Shown: piece by piece, positions 1-13,259 of the stretch
How the letters are laid out: each line of letters begins with the position of its first letter
How positions within the stretch are numbered: position 1 is the first letter of the stretch
Assembly: GCA_951406725.2 (NCBI GenBank)
Contig: OX597815.1
Span: forward strand, 205,716,001-205,780,000
Direction of reading: 5' to 3'
DNA from: Octopus vulgaris
Taxonomy: Eukaryota
DNA: 64,000 nt
The notes under the pieces: generated by a model
What the model was told of the DNA's origin: nothing
The model's database searches: none
The model's input: the letters and a program-made list of their open reading frames with translations, nothing else
Position numbers and translations under genes: made by a program

Positions 1-1802
1 TTAAAGTTGAAAAAGCTATCAAAGACCTACAGCAAAACTTTAAAAAGCAGACAAATTTAATAAGCAGAATGCAATCAAATCGAAAAATATAAATATCTTT
101 AAAATTGGCAGCAATCAGTGGAAATAGGAAATGAAACATTGATTTATTGCACATTATAATGCTTTTATAAATAGTAATAAGAAATAATAATGGGTATTTG
201 TATAACTTTCTTACATTATATACAAATTTGAAAATGAAAGTGAATTTATTTAGACAGAAATATAGATCAGAACCTATTATTATTACTGCAATTGTTTAAA
301 TTCATTTAGTGTGTGATAAAGAAACATTAGAAAAACATGATAACTATAGAGTTTTGAGATTTGATCTACCAACTAAATTAGTATACTACAAAATTAGCTG
401 TATTAATTAAAATGTTCTCATAAATGATAAACTAGTTTTTTGCTTAAAAAAAAAAAAAAGAAATTCCTCATGAAAACAGGAAATTAGATGAGACAGTAGA
501 CCCTTTCCCCATATTTATTAGCTAGAAATCAAAATTGATTAATTGATTCCATATACTAAGCATATATACACTCTTGGCTTACCCATATCATTTTATCTAA
601 ATTCGACTATCTAAAATCTATATCAAATAACTAGTTATATATTTTTGATGGTAACACATCACTTATGAAAATTAAGTGATTTGAGCTTATTTGAATTGAA
701 TATTGTATATCACAGTATGTCAACCATTTCATACATACAACACACATACACACACAAGTGTGTGTGTGTGTGTGTGTGTGCACTTAAAACTAAAAAGTTA
801 TTTAAACTTTTTGAAAAATAATTAAATATTGTGAATAAAAAAAATTTGAAACTGTTCTGATTAGTTTCATCCTTTAATTTTATTGACCTCATCACTCCCA
901 ATCAAATTATTCCCAAATATTTTAAAACAAAATTTATCAATTTAATATCTAACAAAAACCATTCTTGCTTCCATTCCAAACAGAATAGAAACTTAATCAC
1001 AGAGAAAAATTTGGTTGTCCTTAATTCCACTTAATTTTAAGCTTTAAAAGAAGCTATCAGGATAAAAACTGTAAAGAGAAATAAAATCGGCCTAATTCTG
1101 AGCTGACATGGAATTCTCTAGAACATAGTGACATTCAAAGTGTCAGCATGACCCATAGAAGAATCAGATCAGCTATTTCAATTCCAGAAGGTTTAGATTC
1201 TGTCATTTTGTCCATATTTTGTGAGTCAGATTCAATGACAAAAAATTATCTCATAATACAGATTTGGAACTGGCACCTGCTATAAAGAATCAAACTCATA
1301 TTTTATAAACAAGGGAAGAGATTTTTTTTTATAATTTGATTAGGCATTATTTAGAAAAATGCATATCAATAATTGATCCAGTATTATCAACACGAAAATA
1401 GTTTGAGTATGCTAATAAAGGAAAGTAAGCGATAATGGTATTATTTGCATCCAATAGCAGTAAGTTTTGGCCATTGTACCATGGCTGATTTAATAAAATC
1501 ACCAGGCATTAAATTATACTCCAAAGTATCATTCTTCACTCATAAAATCAATACATATTATTTAATAAGAACAAATCCTTTTCTGTTTTTAGCCCTACAT
1601 TATATTTTAGACAATGCTATTATCCAAAATAATACTACCAAAAATATTTCCAATTTTTACATTAATGTTACAGAGAACCTGATAAATAAATAGACGATTT
1701 TTTTTATTCAGTTTAAAAATAGAGCTACTAATGCAAATTGGTCAGGATTAATTTAATAAAGTCTAATATCTCACATTCAATAGAAAAGTAAGAGAAACTT
1801 AC

Positions 1803-2003
1803 TTTTGACTGCATTAAAGATTTCATGATACTCCAGAGAGTCCTGCTTCTCTTGCCTTATACTACAGAACTCATCACAGTACAACATAGGGGCAGTGTCA
1901 TCGATTGGACTCAGTTGGGCAGCTGGGTTCTGAAGAGCTTTCATTAATTGCTCAGCATCAGTGTTTTCAATAGCAAGATTGATATTCTTCACGGCAACTT
2001 GCT
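1803..2003 (-). CDS. IQGAP: IQGAP internal exon, 201 nt, last exon in window
   Basis: tcacag|AGCAAGTT...GTCAAAA|gtaagt; encodes (K)QVAVKNINLAIENTDAEQLMKALQNPAAQLSPIDDTAPMLYCDEFCSIRQEKQDSLEYHEIFNAVK, an IQGAP repeat (AVALINAAI...LMNPEAQL). Confidence 0.94.
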
Positions 2004-2515
2004 CTGTGATAAACAATTTCAACAATTTCAACTTCAAAAAATATTTTTTTTGTATTCATTATTAACGTAAACAAATCCATTAAAAAAAAAACCACATTAC
2101 AAAGAATAAAGAAAAAAAAAGCTTTTATGCATGAATGCATACACAGGCATATGTACATACATGTATAAATAATATACACACATGTATACACACACACACA
2201 CACACACATCTGCATATACACATACAAAAATATACAGAACTATATATACATAAAGACATTTACATACACACACATACTGATAGCACTGGAATGGAACTAC
2301 AAAATGAAATATGGAATATTAATGCATTTACTCCTCACATCTGGATCCTTTGAAATATATACATACACATATATGCAGCCATATTTATTTATTTGTGTAT
2401 GTGTTTGTGTATAGAATTAATGCATAAGCATCAAAGAATATATCCATGATAATAACACATTTGCTAACAGATCATTAAACACATTATAAACCATTAAAAC
2501 CAAGTAAGACTGATT

Positions 2516-2591
<76 letters not shown>

Positions 2592-2599
2592 AAATTAGT

Positions 2600-2803
2600 T
2601 AGCAAGGAGAGAGACACAAATAAGAAAGAAGAAAGCAAAGGGCCACTGCTGCGGTCACAGGAGTGTGACGAAAGAACTCTGGCCGAAATAAGCTTAAGAT
2701 TAATGTAAAAAAATAAATAACGCTGAAGCAAAGTAACACCGAATATATAGTGCATGTGTTTTTATTGGCTAAACTGGCAAAATGACCATTCCTAAATACA
2801 ACA
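2600..2803. mobile_element. Right end of a TIR-type non-autonomous DNA element (TGTTGTATTT...AAATACAACA family)
   Basis: Ends ...ggcaaaatgaccattcctaaatacaaca, homologous to the TIRs at 55591-56440 and 61992-62500; the left part is lost next to a (TA)n tract. Confidence 0.6.
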
Positions 2804-3254
2804 ATATTTGTTTCAACACACGATTTCACATCAAAAGTCTTGCAAAACAAATATATAAACGTAAATTAGCAACAGTTTTCTGATTAACATAGCATTTCTG
2901 AAAGTTTCTGTAAAGAGTTTTGAAATTTAATTTAATTTAAATTACTTATCTATCACAATTATGTAATTATATATTTGTTAGTGTTTATCTCCATGAAACA
3001 GCTGTTGAGCACAGAGTATGAACTCTATGTGAAGTTCAATGCTTTTCTGCTAAATATATTGCTCTTAAAGATCATTTTAGCTGATTGTGTGTATCTAATA
3101 GGGATCTACTGTGAAGTAAGAATCTGTTGGAGTTTAACAACTTATTGAACTTGTAATTTCCGTGGATTTATTCTTTGATCTTTATACATCAATTGCCTCT
3201 GTGTATGTATGTGTATACACATTTCAGTATATAAGTTTACACACATATATACAT

Positions 3255-3656
3255 CTTTATTACTCTTTTACTTGTTTCAGTCATTTGACTGCGGCCATGC
3301 TGGAGCACCACCTTTAGTCGAGCAAATCGACCCCGGGACTTATTCTTTGTAAACCCAGTACTTATTCTATCGGTCGCTTTTACCAAACTGCTAAGTGACG
3401 GGGACGTAAACACACCAGCATCGGTTGTCAAGCAATGCTAGGGGGACAAACACAGATACACAAACACACATATATATATATACATATACATACATACGAC
3501 AGGCTTCTTTCAGTTTCCGTCTACCAAATCCACTCACAAGGCACTGGTCGGCCCGGGGCTATAGCAGAAGACACTTGCCCAAGATGCCATGAAGTGGGAC
3601 TGAACCCGCAACTATGTGGTTGGTTAGCAAGCTACTTACCACACAGCCACTCCTGC
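3255..3656 (-). mobile_element. tRNA-derived SINE family A (CORE-like), copy
   Basis: On the minus strand: head GCAGGAGTGGCTGTGTGG (A box) ... GGTTCAGTCCC (B box), CORE-like CTTGGGCAAGT, internal TA/CA microsatellite, (AAAGAGTA)n-type tail; 11 copies in the window. Confidence 0.9.
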
Positions 3657-3951
3657 ATCTATATATATATGTCTTTTTATACACACACACATTTATATAC
3701 ACATCTAAGTATTTATGTATCTATGCATCCATTTTTATCTATATATATATATATATACAAATATGCAACACAACCATCAACTTGAAACCCCTAAAAAAAA
3801 AAAAACTATTACCTTTACCAGACAGAGCCCCAATGAAGGACAATCACAGAATATTAATGTGTGGTATTACAACAAGAAAATCCCCATGAACCCTCAAACA
3901 AGTTTAACCCTACAAGAACCAGAGTTTCATGTAAACATATATATGCATATT

Positions 3952-4341
3952 CGCAGGAGTGGCTGTGTGGTAAGTAGCTTGATTACCAACCACATGGTTC
4001 CGGGTTCAGCCCCACTGCGTGGCACCTTGGGCAAGTGTCTTCTATTATAGCCTCGGGCCAACCAAAGCCTTGTGAGTGGATTTGGTAGATGGAAACTGAA
4101 AGAAGCCCGTCGTATATATGTATGTATGTGTTTGTGTGTCTGTGTTTGTCCCCCTAGCATTGCTTGACAACCGATGCTGGTGTGTTTACATCCCCGTTAC
4201 TTAGCGGTTCGGCAAAAGAGACTGATAGAATAAGTACTGGGCTTAGAAAAGAATAAGTCCCGGGGTCGAGTTGCTCGATTAAAGGTGGTGCTCCAGTATG
4301 GCTGCAGTCAAATAACTGAAACAAGTAAAAGAGTAAAGAGT
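3952..4341 (+). mobile_element. SINE family A copy
   Basis: Same sequence as 3255-3656 in the opposite orientation. Confidence 0.9.
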
Positions 4342-5049
4342 ATACATATTGAGGAACTGTTTTACCACCTGATGCTCTTGCTGTTGCTAACCCTTTGAAA
4401 TGGATCTCTTATTGCACACATCCCCAAAGATTCAAAGCCAGCAGATGATTTGTTGACAGGGAGTTTGTTTTGCAATAATGTCACTGCTTGAGGCTCATTG
4501 ACTTTCAGAGAAGAGCAAATGTTAAACACACACACACACACACACAAAGAGAGCCAGCTGTCACTCATGAACAATTATGGTTTGGTAACCTGTAACATGC
4601 TTTTGCTATTTGCTTAAGGTACCCGTCTAATGTGAGCAGGCAGACACCCTCATGATTTTTCAACCCTTTGACCCAGCAGCACATTCAGGATGTAACAGGG
4701 GAGAAAGCTGCGTCAGCACTTGGCTGGTACTCGTTTTCAAATGAGTAGACTGCATCAACATGAATGCAGTGCTCTTGCTCAAGGATACGACACGCTATCT
4801 GGTACAGGAATTGAAACCACATTATAATTCTGACACTTTTAAGTATATATGTACATAATGAGCTTCTTTGTTTCCATCAATCAAATCCACCCATAAGACA
4901 GGTCAGTTCAAGGCGAGAGTGGAAGACACCTGCCGAAGGTGTTACACAAGGAAATGAACCCAAAACCATGTGGTTAGGAAGTACACACAAAATGTGGCTT
5001 AAATTTTATGACAGTAACAACATATATATATATACAGAGAAAGAAATTG

Positions 5050-5460
5050 AAATCAAATCAAATTTGATGACTGGCATCTGCGCTAGTGGAGCGCTAAGAG
5101 CACCATCCGAGCGTGATTGTTGCCAGAGCAGCTAACTGGCTTCTGTGCTGGTGGCACATAAAAAGCACCATTCGAGCGAGGTCGTTGCCAGTGCCACTGG
5201 ACTGGCTCCTGTGCAGGTGGTACGTAAAAAACACCATTTGAGCTTGGCCATTGCCAGTACCGCCTGACTGGTACTCGTGCCGCCGGCACGTAAAAGCACC
5301 CACTACACTCTTGGAGTGGTTGGCATTAGGAAGGGCATCCAGCTGTAGAAACTCTGCCAGATCAGATTGGAGCCAGGTGCAGCCATCTGGTTCGCCAGTC
5401 CTCAGTCAATTCGTCCAACCCATGCTAGCATAGAAAGTGGACGTTAAACGATAATGATGA
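5050..5460 (+). mobile_element. Family B: 5'-truncated RTE-like LINE 3' end (or LINE-tailed SINE)
   Basis: Shared 3' end ...GGAAGGGCATCCAGCTGTAGAAAC...GGACGTTAAACGATGATGAT, (GAT)n tail and variable 5' truncation across more than 12 copies. Confidence 0.8.
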
Positions 5461-6086
5461 GGGAAAGAAAGAAGAGGAAAGAAAGAATGAAAGAATTTAT
5501 TAAAATTATTCCAAGAACAAAAAAATATTTAAAATGGAAATCATTGATATTTAAATACATTTGGAAAATGATATTATATACATGTTTAAAGAAAAGTAGC
5601 AATGTGCCTAAATACTGGATTCTGCCCCATAAGATGAATAGGTATGGAATTTCTGGAGGAATAATTGGGCAATAGGTTTACTTTGGGTATTGCTGCTTGT
5701 GAGATGCAGTAGGGCAAGTAGAAGAGGTGTGTGTATCAGTGGGTAAGTATTTGGTAGATCTGAGTAACCATAACCATACAGATGGCCACTGGGAGTGGAG
5801 GGAAACCAAAGATGATTGTTATGACTGATTCAACATCTTTGGGCTATTGGAAGTTGGTGGGTGAAAGAAGTGAAAGCCATGTAGTTGCATATATCCTTGT
5901 GTTAAGAGATAGATTAAAGCATTGATAAGGATCGGAACTGGTTCCTGAGAGAACTGTAATTGAATGAATGAATGAAGAATTATAAGATTTTCCCGAAAGA
6001 AATATAAATCTATTAGAACAAGTTTTGTGTAAATATTTAACAATCTATTCCAAAATGCATAAAATAAAAAGAAAAAGATCCCATAC

Positions 6087-6177
6087 TCTGATATTCTACG
6101 TCTGCTTCCTGGTTTGCAAGATTGATTGCTGCTTGAACTTCATCTTTATCTAAGAAAACATCTCCACCATTATTGTT
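6087..6177 (-). CDS. IQGAP: IQGAP internal exon, 91 nt
   Basis: gcacag|AACAATAAT...TATCAGA|gtatgg; encodes NNNGGDVFLDKDEVQAAINLANQEADVEYQ; compare IQGAP1 LQKEELQSGVDAAN. Confidence 0.92.
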
Positions 6178-6336
6178 CTGTGCAAATAAAATATATCACC
6201 AAGGTAAAAAAACAGTTGTCAAGAAAAATGTAAAGGATAGATTTTATAAGTTGAGATAATACAAGAGTTGCAGCTAGCAGCAGTTCAGTCACGTGTAAAA
6301 ATCCTTGAAGATCAATATCTTTACCCATTGAAAGGG

Positions 6337-6367
<31 letters not shown>

Positions 6368-6703
6368 AAGGGGAGGGGGGAAATGAGGTGGGAATTTTCC
6401 ACCTATTAAAGTTTTTTCCTAACAAAAGCAGTTTAGATTGTGAAGAATTTTTTTTCTTCTGGCTTTATGGCTATTGAGTGCTGTAATGTTTTAGCTATCG
6501 AAAATCTTAAATGCATTTCAACATCATTAGGATGCAATTTGCAGTGTAATTACTTTCCCGATCATATCCATTACATTAGTATTCACATCTGCATTGAAGG
6601 GAGTACAGATATAATTCTTTTACAGTCCCAGTATTCTAAATAAGCTATATCGTTAATTTATACAGTGAATGATCTCTAGCAAGTCATTTTTTTTTAACCT
6701 TAA

Positions 6704-7090
6704 TCATCATCATCATCATTTAGCGTCTGCTTTCCATGCTAGCATGAGTTGGACGGTTCAACTGGGGTCTGTGAAGCCAGAAGGCTGCATCAGGCCCAGT
6801 CTGATCTGGCAGTGTTTCTACGGCTGGATGCCCTTCCTAACGCCAACCACTCCGTGAGTGTAGTGGGTGCTTTTTACATGCCAGACGGAGCTGACAAACG
6901 GCCACGGATGGATGGTGCTTTTTACGTGCCACTGGCACGGGGGCCAGGCGAGGCTGGCAATGGCCACGATCGGATGGTGCTTTTTACGTGCCACCGGCAC
7001 GGGGGCCAGGCGAGGCTGGCAACGGCCACGATCGGATGGTGCTTTTTACGTGCCACCGGCACGGGGGCCAGGCGAGGCTGGCTGGCAAAG
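6704..7090 (-). mobile_element. Family B copy with three internal ~62-bp tandem units
   Basis: (CAT)n start; GATGGTGCTTTTTACGTGCCA recurs at 6911, 6973 and 7035. Confidence 0.82.
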
Positions 7091-7289
7091 ATAAAAATTT
7101 TGTTTTTAACCTTAATAAAAATAAAAATTAAAAATGAATGAAGCACCATGTAAGGCTAAGTAATGTATTAGTAACATGTTAGAAATTGAACTTTTATTAC
7201 TGTCATCATATTGCAGGCATCTAACTGATTTTGCTAGCTTTATTGTTTGAGCAGTAAATAAGCTCCACCCTCTGTACATAGCAGATGAA

Positions 7290-7515
7290 TCATCATCATC
7301 ATCGTTTAACGTCCGTATTCCATGCTAGCACGGGTTGACCGGGGTCTGGGAAGCCAGAAGGTTGCACCAGGCTCCAGTCTGATCTGGCAGTGTTTCTACA
7401 GCTGGATGCCCTTCCTAACGCCAACCATTCCATGAGTGTAGTAGGTACTTTTTACGTGCCAAGTGAGGCTGGTTGGTGCTTTTTATGTGCCACCGGCACG
7501 GAAGTCAGTCAAGCT
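7290..7515 (-). mobile_element. Family B copy
   Basis: catcatcatc...gtttaacgtcc...ctggatgcccttcctaacgcc. Confidence 0.8.
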
Positions 7516-7742
7516 GAATGATTTTAAATAAAAAGAGCATCTAGCAGGAAAAACAATTGCTTCAGCAAATAGACTATACCACACTTTACAAGCATGTGAA
7601 AGTGGTTCTAAAAGTTAATACTTGTTTTATATTTTATGAAATACTTTTAAAGACTTGTTGGTATTAATAAGTAAGAAACCTGCAGTAACAGAGCTAAATA
7701 CCTCACACGTAAAATTTCAAATTCTAAAACCTATCATATATA

Positions 7743-7881
7743 TATTTCTTTATTACCCACAAGGGGCTAAACGTAGAGGGGACAAACAAAGACAGACAAA
7801 AGGATTAAGTCGATTATATCGACCCCAGTATGCAACTGGTACTTTATCGACCCCGAAAGGGATGAAAGGCAAAGTTGACCT
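7743..7881 (-). mobile_element. SINE family C (tRNA head + Nin-like domain), 5'-truncated copy
   Basis: Matches the 3' half of the full copy at 11158-11394. Confidence 0.8.
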
Positions 7882-8607
7882 TATATATATTCAATGATAA
7901 CACAATAAAGCAATAACTAATCACTATCATAGACATTCCTTCGAAGCTGGTAGGGTGCATGGCTGCACAATTGTTGTAATAGTGTGGTACACATCAAAAT
8001 GTAACCACTCATACTTCACAAACGTGTTTCATAAGCTGCCTGAAAGTTTGAACGCTATGCACTACCTTTGAATTTAATATGTTTTGGCTCAAAGCATCAA
8101 AAGTTGCTCTCTCTCTGGCAGGGAAAAACTAGAAGGAATATTGATTAAAAGTAAACTTTTGCAATTTGTTTTGCATTTATCAAACCTTCCGCCACACTTC
8201 TTAACCTATCTTTATGTGAAACTTTAATGAACATTTCCCTGTAATGGTACAACTAAAGATTGAAGACAAAATTGTTTTACTTTATAAGCAAGAACCCTTA
8301 CTAATAAGGCTGAAAACAGATACAATATCAGTTTTTTTCTTTCCATGAAATACCAACTAATAACTAAATTAAGCATTGACCATACAAATTTCACCTAATT
8401 AAATCAAAATGCTACTATTATTTTTATAGGTTCTACCATTATTTAACTAAGAAATAATTTAAGTATTCTACAGAATAGACCAGAGAGTAAAATATTGCTT
8501 TGCTTTCCAATTTATCATTATAGTACTTTATCATAATGAATAATGTTGAGAGCTGGTCTACCCATATAAAACTACCATCACTACTTAGATGTTATTACTA
8601 CTAATAA

Positions 8608-8789
8608 CTCTTTCACTGTGAAATTAAATTTCATGATTATTTCAGTAATGATGCTAAATATCAACCAAAACATTCTGCAAGTGACATTGCTTCAATAAAT
8701 TTGATATATTTCAAACAGAAAATAGTTACAAACATAACGTTTTCAACAAAAGATAGACTGATATATAAAACTTTTCTGCATTAAAAGGG
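8608..8789. mobile_element. piggyBac-like MITE
   Basis: (T)TAA-CTCTTTCACTG...TTAAAAGGG-TTAA; homologous along its length to 20320-20504. Confidence 0.55.
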
Positions 8790-8846
8790 TTAATAGCAGA
8801 TTTAATTTGAGACTGTTTACATGAAACTACTGAAATAAATCTTTAC

Positions 8847-9007
8847 CTTTTTCAGTTCAAGTGTGTCCTGCAGACATTTCATATAGAAGTCAATGTTGTT
8901 GAGGTTTACATTCTTCAATGATAGAAAACCTGATGTAAGAGCATTAATCAAAGAATCACGATCCATTTTCTGAAGAGCATCATTGACCCAAGACAATGAT
9001 GTGTAAA
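8847..9007 (-). CDS. IQGAP: IQGAP internal exon, 161 nt
   Basis: tttcag|TTTACACA...CTGAAAAAG|gtaaag; open in the expected phase: (V)YTSLSWVNDALQKMDRDSLINALTSGFLSLKNVNLNNIDFYMKCLQDTLELKK, an IQGAP-repeat pattern. Confidence 0.92.
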
Positions 9008-9439
9008 CTGAAAAATATCAAAGAACAAATCGGGAATTATACATTTTGTTTAAATTTTCTAATATAAACAAATAAATGAAATCCTTAATACTATAATTCT
9101 TCGTCTGCTCAACAGCTCATGTTCTAGTCATATGCTGAACACTTTTAACTTCAACGTACAAGAAAAAAAAAATGGATATAGAAATTAGCTTAAATCACTA
9201 TGATCAATAATGATTGTGTCAGTTTCTCTTATTTCCTTTCATAGTATCTACTTAACTGATAACTGAAACTTGATTGTGTGGAAATGTTATTAAGAGCAAG
9301 AAATAAAGGAATTCTTGAGTATTAAAGCTTTGGAATTACTTTGAAAAGTACTAAATGACAGATAGTTACTTCATGAAGTTTGAAACTTCAATCAACCAAA
9401 CTTAATCTGTATGAATTATGATAATTTTATAATGAAATA

Positions 9440-9838
9440 TCTTTATATATAGAAGTGAGGTTGTGTGTTGTCTGTCTCCTATGATTTAGATTCCTAACTA
9501 CTCCCACATTTTGTGGTGCAGTTTAACCAAAAGCGGGTATCTTATAGTCGTGATTCATATCGAGCCCTTCTGGGTATTAGCGCGCGTCTACGATGAGTCT
9601 ACGATGTAAAAAAAAAATTTACCATGAATTTTTCCCATTTTTAATGCATTTTTGGCATATATAAGGGAAGTAACTCTCTAAAAATGTATTATTAAATCTC
9701 AGAACGTAAAAAGCTACAGTAACACCCCCCCCCTTTGTGGTTAGCCATATTGAGATGGCTATTATACTTTACATCTCTAAAAATGCTTATATAGTTATTT
9801 CCTTTACAAACCCGAGCAATGCCGGGCGATACTGCTAG
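9440..9838 (+). mobile_element. Non-autonomous Helitron, copy 1
   Basis: A|TC...CTAG|T termini, no TSD, subterminal hairpin CCCGAGCAATGCCGGG; second copy at 33176-33571. Confidence 0.85.
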
Positions 9839-9956
9839 TGTTTATATAGAATCTTTCACTCTGATGCATTTTATTTTTGTACATGTTACATTAATATTTT
9901 AGAAAGAAATTAAACTTAGTGCATTTCCAGAGTGAATATAAGAATTATTGACTCAC

Positions 9957-10047
9957 CATTGACTTGGTTTATATATCCTTGAATCTCAGCTTGAGTTAAG
10001 AGTTCATCATAGACATCTGCCTCATATGTACTGTTAGGATCAATGAA
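9957..10047 (-). CDS. IQGAP: IQGAP internal exon, 91 nt
   Basis: tttcag|TTCATTGAT...GTCAATG|gtgagt; encodes FIDPNSTYEADVYDELLTQAEIQGYINQVN, matching IQGAP1 DVYEELLTQAEIQGNINKVN. Confidence 0.96.
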
Positions 10048-10074
10048 CTGAAACAAAAAAATAATATAGTTTAA

Positions 10075-10294
10075 CCCTTTAATACTCAGATTACTCAGTC
10101 AAATGTGATGCTTATTTATTCACATTGTTTTGAATTAATCATGCATTATCTTGTGGCTTTGAGATTTCAGTGATGTGATTGTCTATTTTTAGAGTGACAT
10201 GTAAGATAGGGGTGAGAGGCCAGACCTAGTCAGATTGCACATAAAACCGGTAGGATATTTCAGGTTGGCTATGGCCAGTTTAAATGTTAAAGGG
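10075..10294. mobile_element. piggyBac-like MITE, second subfamily
   Basis: TTAA-CCCTTTAATA...TGTTAAAGGG-TTGA short TIRs. Confidence 0.55.
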
Positions 10295-11078
10295 TTGATT
10301 AGAATTAAACAACAGAACAATAATTAAAATTGCATTTTACATCTCTGAAATTACTAACAGTTTTAGTTTTCCAGACTTACTCCACACATTGTTTTTTTCT
10401 AACTAATCCACATTTCTAATGATATATTCCTTAATAATGGTCCCAAATCATCATTTTATAGTTGGTTTGTCCATGCATGAATGAACAAAAGTTTTCTCCA
10501 TTACAGTCTCACCACTTATTGCAGTCTCTAGTCATCTCTTTTCGGTGGTTCAATCCTAAGTTTAGCCCTGATCCCTTTTTGTCCCCGTGTCTTCATTAGT
10601 CTACCAATTCTGCAGGTTTGTTTCTCTTGGATCATTAAGCACTTTGTTTTGCTCCAAAACCATCCTCCATACACACCACTTGTCCAAACCAGCACACAAC
10701 TACAAAAACTCTTCTCTTGCACACAACTACTGCAACTTATTTTGAGTTTTTCCCCCCCTCATCTCACAACACAACTTCTTACACCCAGCTTTTCTTTTTA
10801 TTAATCAATTCATTTGTGATCTACATCCATTCACACTAACATTACATACTCCACATTCAATGCCATGCATTACTGTCATGCAATATTGCACTTCCAACAC
10901 AAACATCATACAATTTACCATCCAGGCACCAAAGAGAATCTCTTTATTGTCAGCAGAAGTAACAGTTCCTAAATATGTTTTAACTGATTTTGAAATCCCA
11001 GACCTAAAAGGTCTGATGTTATTTACTAAACAGCAGATATATTAAACATAGATTCTGAATGCAAACCCAGCTGAGGAT

Positions 11079-11117
<39 letters not shown>

Positions 11118-11157
11118 AGGTTTTTTGTGTGTTATATGACAATCTTTTGCCTGGTTT

Positions 11158-11394
11158 AATACCTATTTCTTTATTAACCACAAGAGGCTAAACATAGAGG
11201 GGACAAACACGGACAGACATAGGTATTAAGTCGATTATATCGACCCCAGTGCGTAACTGGTACTTAATTTATCGACCCCGAAAGGATGAAAGGCAAAGTT
11301 GACCTTGGCGGAATTTGAACTCAGAACGTAATGACAGACGAAATACGGCTACGCATTTCGCCCGGCGTGCTAACGTTTCTGCCAGCTCGCCGGC
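11158..11394 (-). mobile_element. SINE family C (tRNA head + Nin-like domain), full copy
   Basis: Minus strand GGCGAGCTGGCAGAAACGTTAGC...GAGTTCAAATTCC (B box) followed by GCCTTTCATCCTTTCGGGGTCGATAAATTAAGTACCAG, resembling the Nin domain. Confidence 0.85.
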
Positions 11395-13259
11395 TGGCCC
11401 TTGGGTATCTTTAGGGGAGTTCACTCTGTTGCAAGATATTCAGAGTCCAGGTTTCTGATCTCTTCCTCTCAACAGTCTTGGAGGATCTAAACAGAAAGCG
11501 GCCATGAGAACTGCCATTCTTCCTCCAGCCAAACTATTAAGAAAGTATTTTGCCATGCCAGAAAAGGTTGGGTAGATCCACCCATCAAAACAAAACAAAA
11601 AAAACTTTGATGTTTCCTTTTATCTGTTCGGCCTATCATCCTAAGATTTCATTTCCTCTTACACTTTGACCAAATCAATAGCAATTTAGGACACATGTCC
11701 ACAGCTTCTCTCTCACAAATAATTGATGTCTTTTAACGACCAGCTGCTTGTCCAGCTCAATTTGACTTTCACACAAGATGTTAAAAATCACACATCAAAA
11801 AGATTATTGCTGTCTATGTTTTCTTAGCAGACATCATTCTGCATTGAATGCCATGTCTCTGCTATGCAGTAACTCATTCCATGCTATATACAGTGTACCT
11901 TTTGCATATGCGTGCTTGCAAACACACACACACACGCACACTTATCAACTGAAAATATCTGATGACTGCCATGACAGGATTTCATGAAAAGCTTCAACAT
12001 TCTCTTACATATTTTGCATTTTATTTATTTACACAATGGACAGACGATAGAGATTTAAAAGATAAAAATATTCACCATTTTGTCACAAAAAGGAAAAAAA
12101 AAACCCAAAAAACTATCCAAGAAGTGTCGAAAATATTCCATGAAATATTGATTTTAATTAAACATTTATTCAAGATATGCTATAACAAACAGCAGCAGTC
12201 AGTGCCTGATGACTAATTCTCAGATATTATATTAGACATGCTGAATTGTATATATACCTTAGAGTCAGATTTACTTAGAAAGTTGATTAACATGTAAGAA
12301 AACTGCATATCTAGTTTACTATATTTTGTCAGCTATATTATGTTGTAGATACAAATCTTCCAAGAGCTAACACATTGTATATATTTTCTCTCTCTTCATA
12401 TATATATATATATATAAAAAGATTATATTTTAATAGATAATTTTTTTTATGCAGCTGCTATGAGATAATTATCATGCACGAGTAAATGTTTTTAGATGCT
12501 TACCAGAAAACTAAGTATGAAAAGTATAAACATCTGTTTCCACACACAATAAATTCGTTACAACACCTTTTCAGATAACACTTATGATGACCATCTTAAA
12601 GGGGCTTATTACTATTATACACTACTACACTCACCTCCAAAACCTATCTAATTGCCAAAAATCTGTTACTCTAGCTTCATCTATTAATGGCAGTGAGATT
12701 TAAAATTTGCATTCTTGGTTTGATCCTGCTAAATGGAATCTTGGAAAGGGTCTTCAACTATTGTGTTTTGGGTTGCTCAATGCCTTGTGGAAGATGGACG
12801 CTTGCTGTATATGTGTATAGCAGCAAAAGGAAATAAAATCCTACATATATACAATGAAAATGCACACAATGTACTGGTGCAAACAAAAATACCTTGTGTT
12901 ATTTATTTGCCCAAGTTGCACAGAAGCTGTCTTGTTACTCTGGCCATTAGGTCTTATGAACCATTTACTGATTCACTGGAAATTTATAACTAATGATTTA
13001 CAGCACTGAATTTAGATGAAGAGAGGCTTTAGGCTATTCCACTTGTGGGGCTCCTCCCAAATGATTTATGACACTGTCAAAAGTCTTAGATATCTTGGCA
13101 TGAGGCCCCTCTAGATTTTGATGACCTATGTTTCAGCCTGTCAAGCCTACAATTAAATCTGATACTGATGATACTATTGCTCATAGAAAAATGCCCGAGC
13201 GAGTGAGTGAGTGAGTGTATGTGTGTATGTGTGTATGTATGTATGTATGTATGTATATA

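Noticed and set aside
3435-3785. Recurrent ORFs such as MLGGQTQ...GLNPEPCGW and ...DALPNANHS... across the window
   Set aside because: They are incidental frames in SINE A and family B repeats; frames shift between copies.
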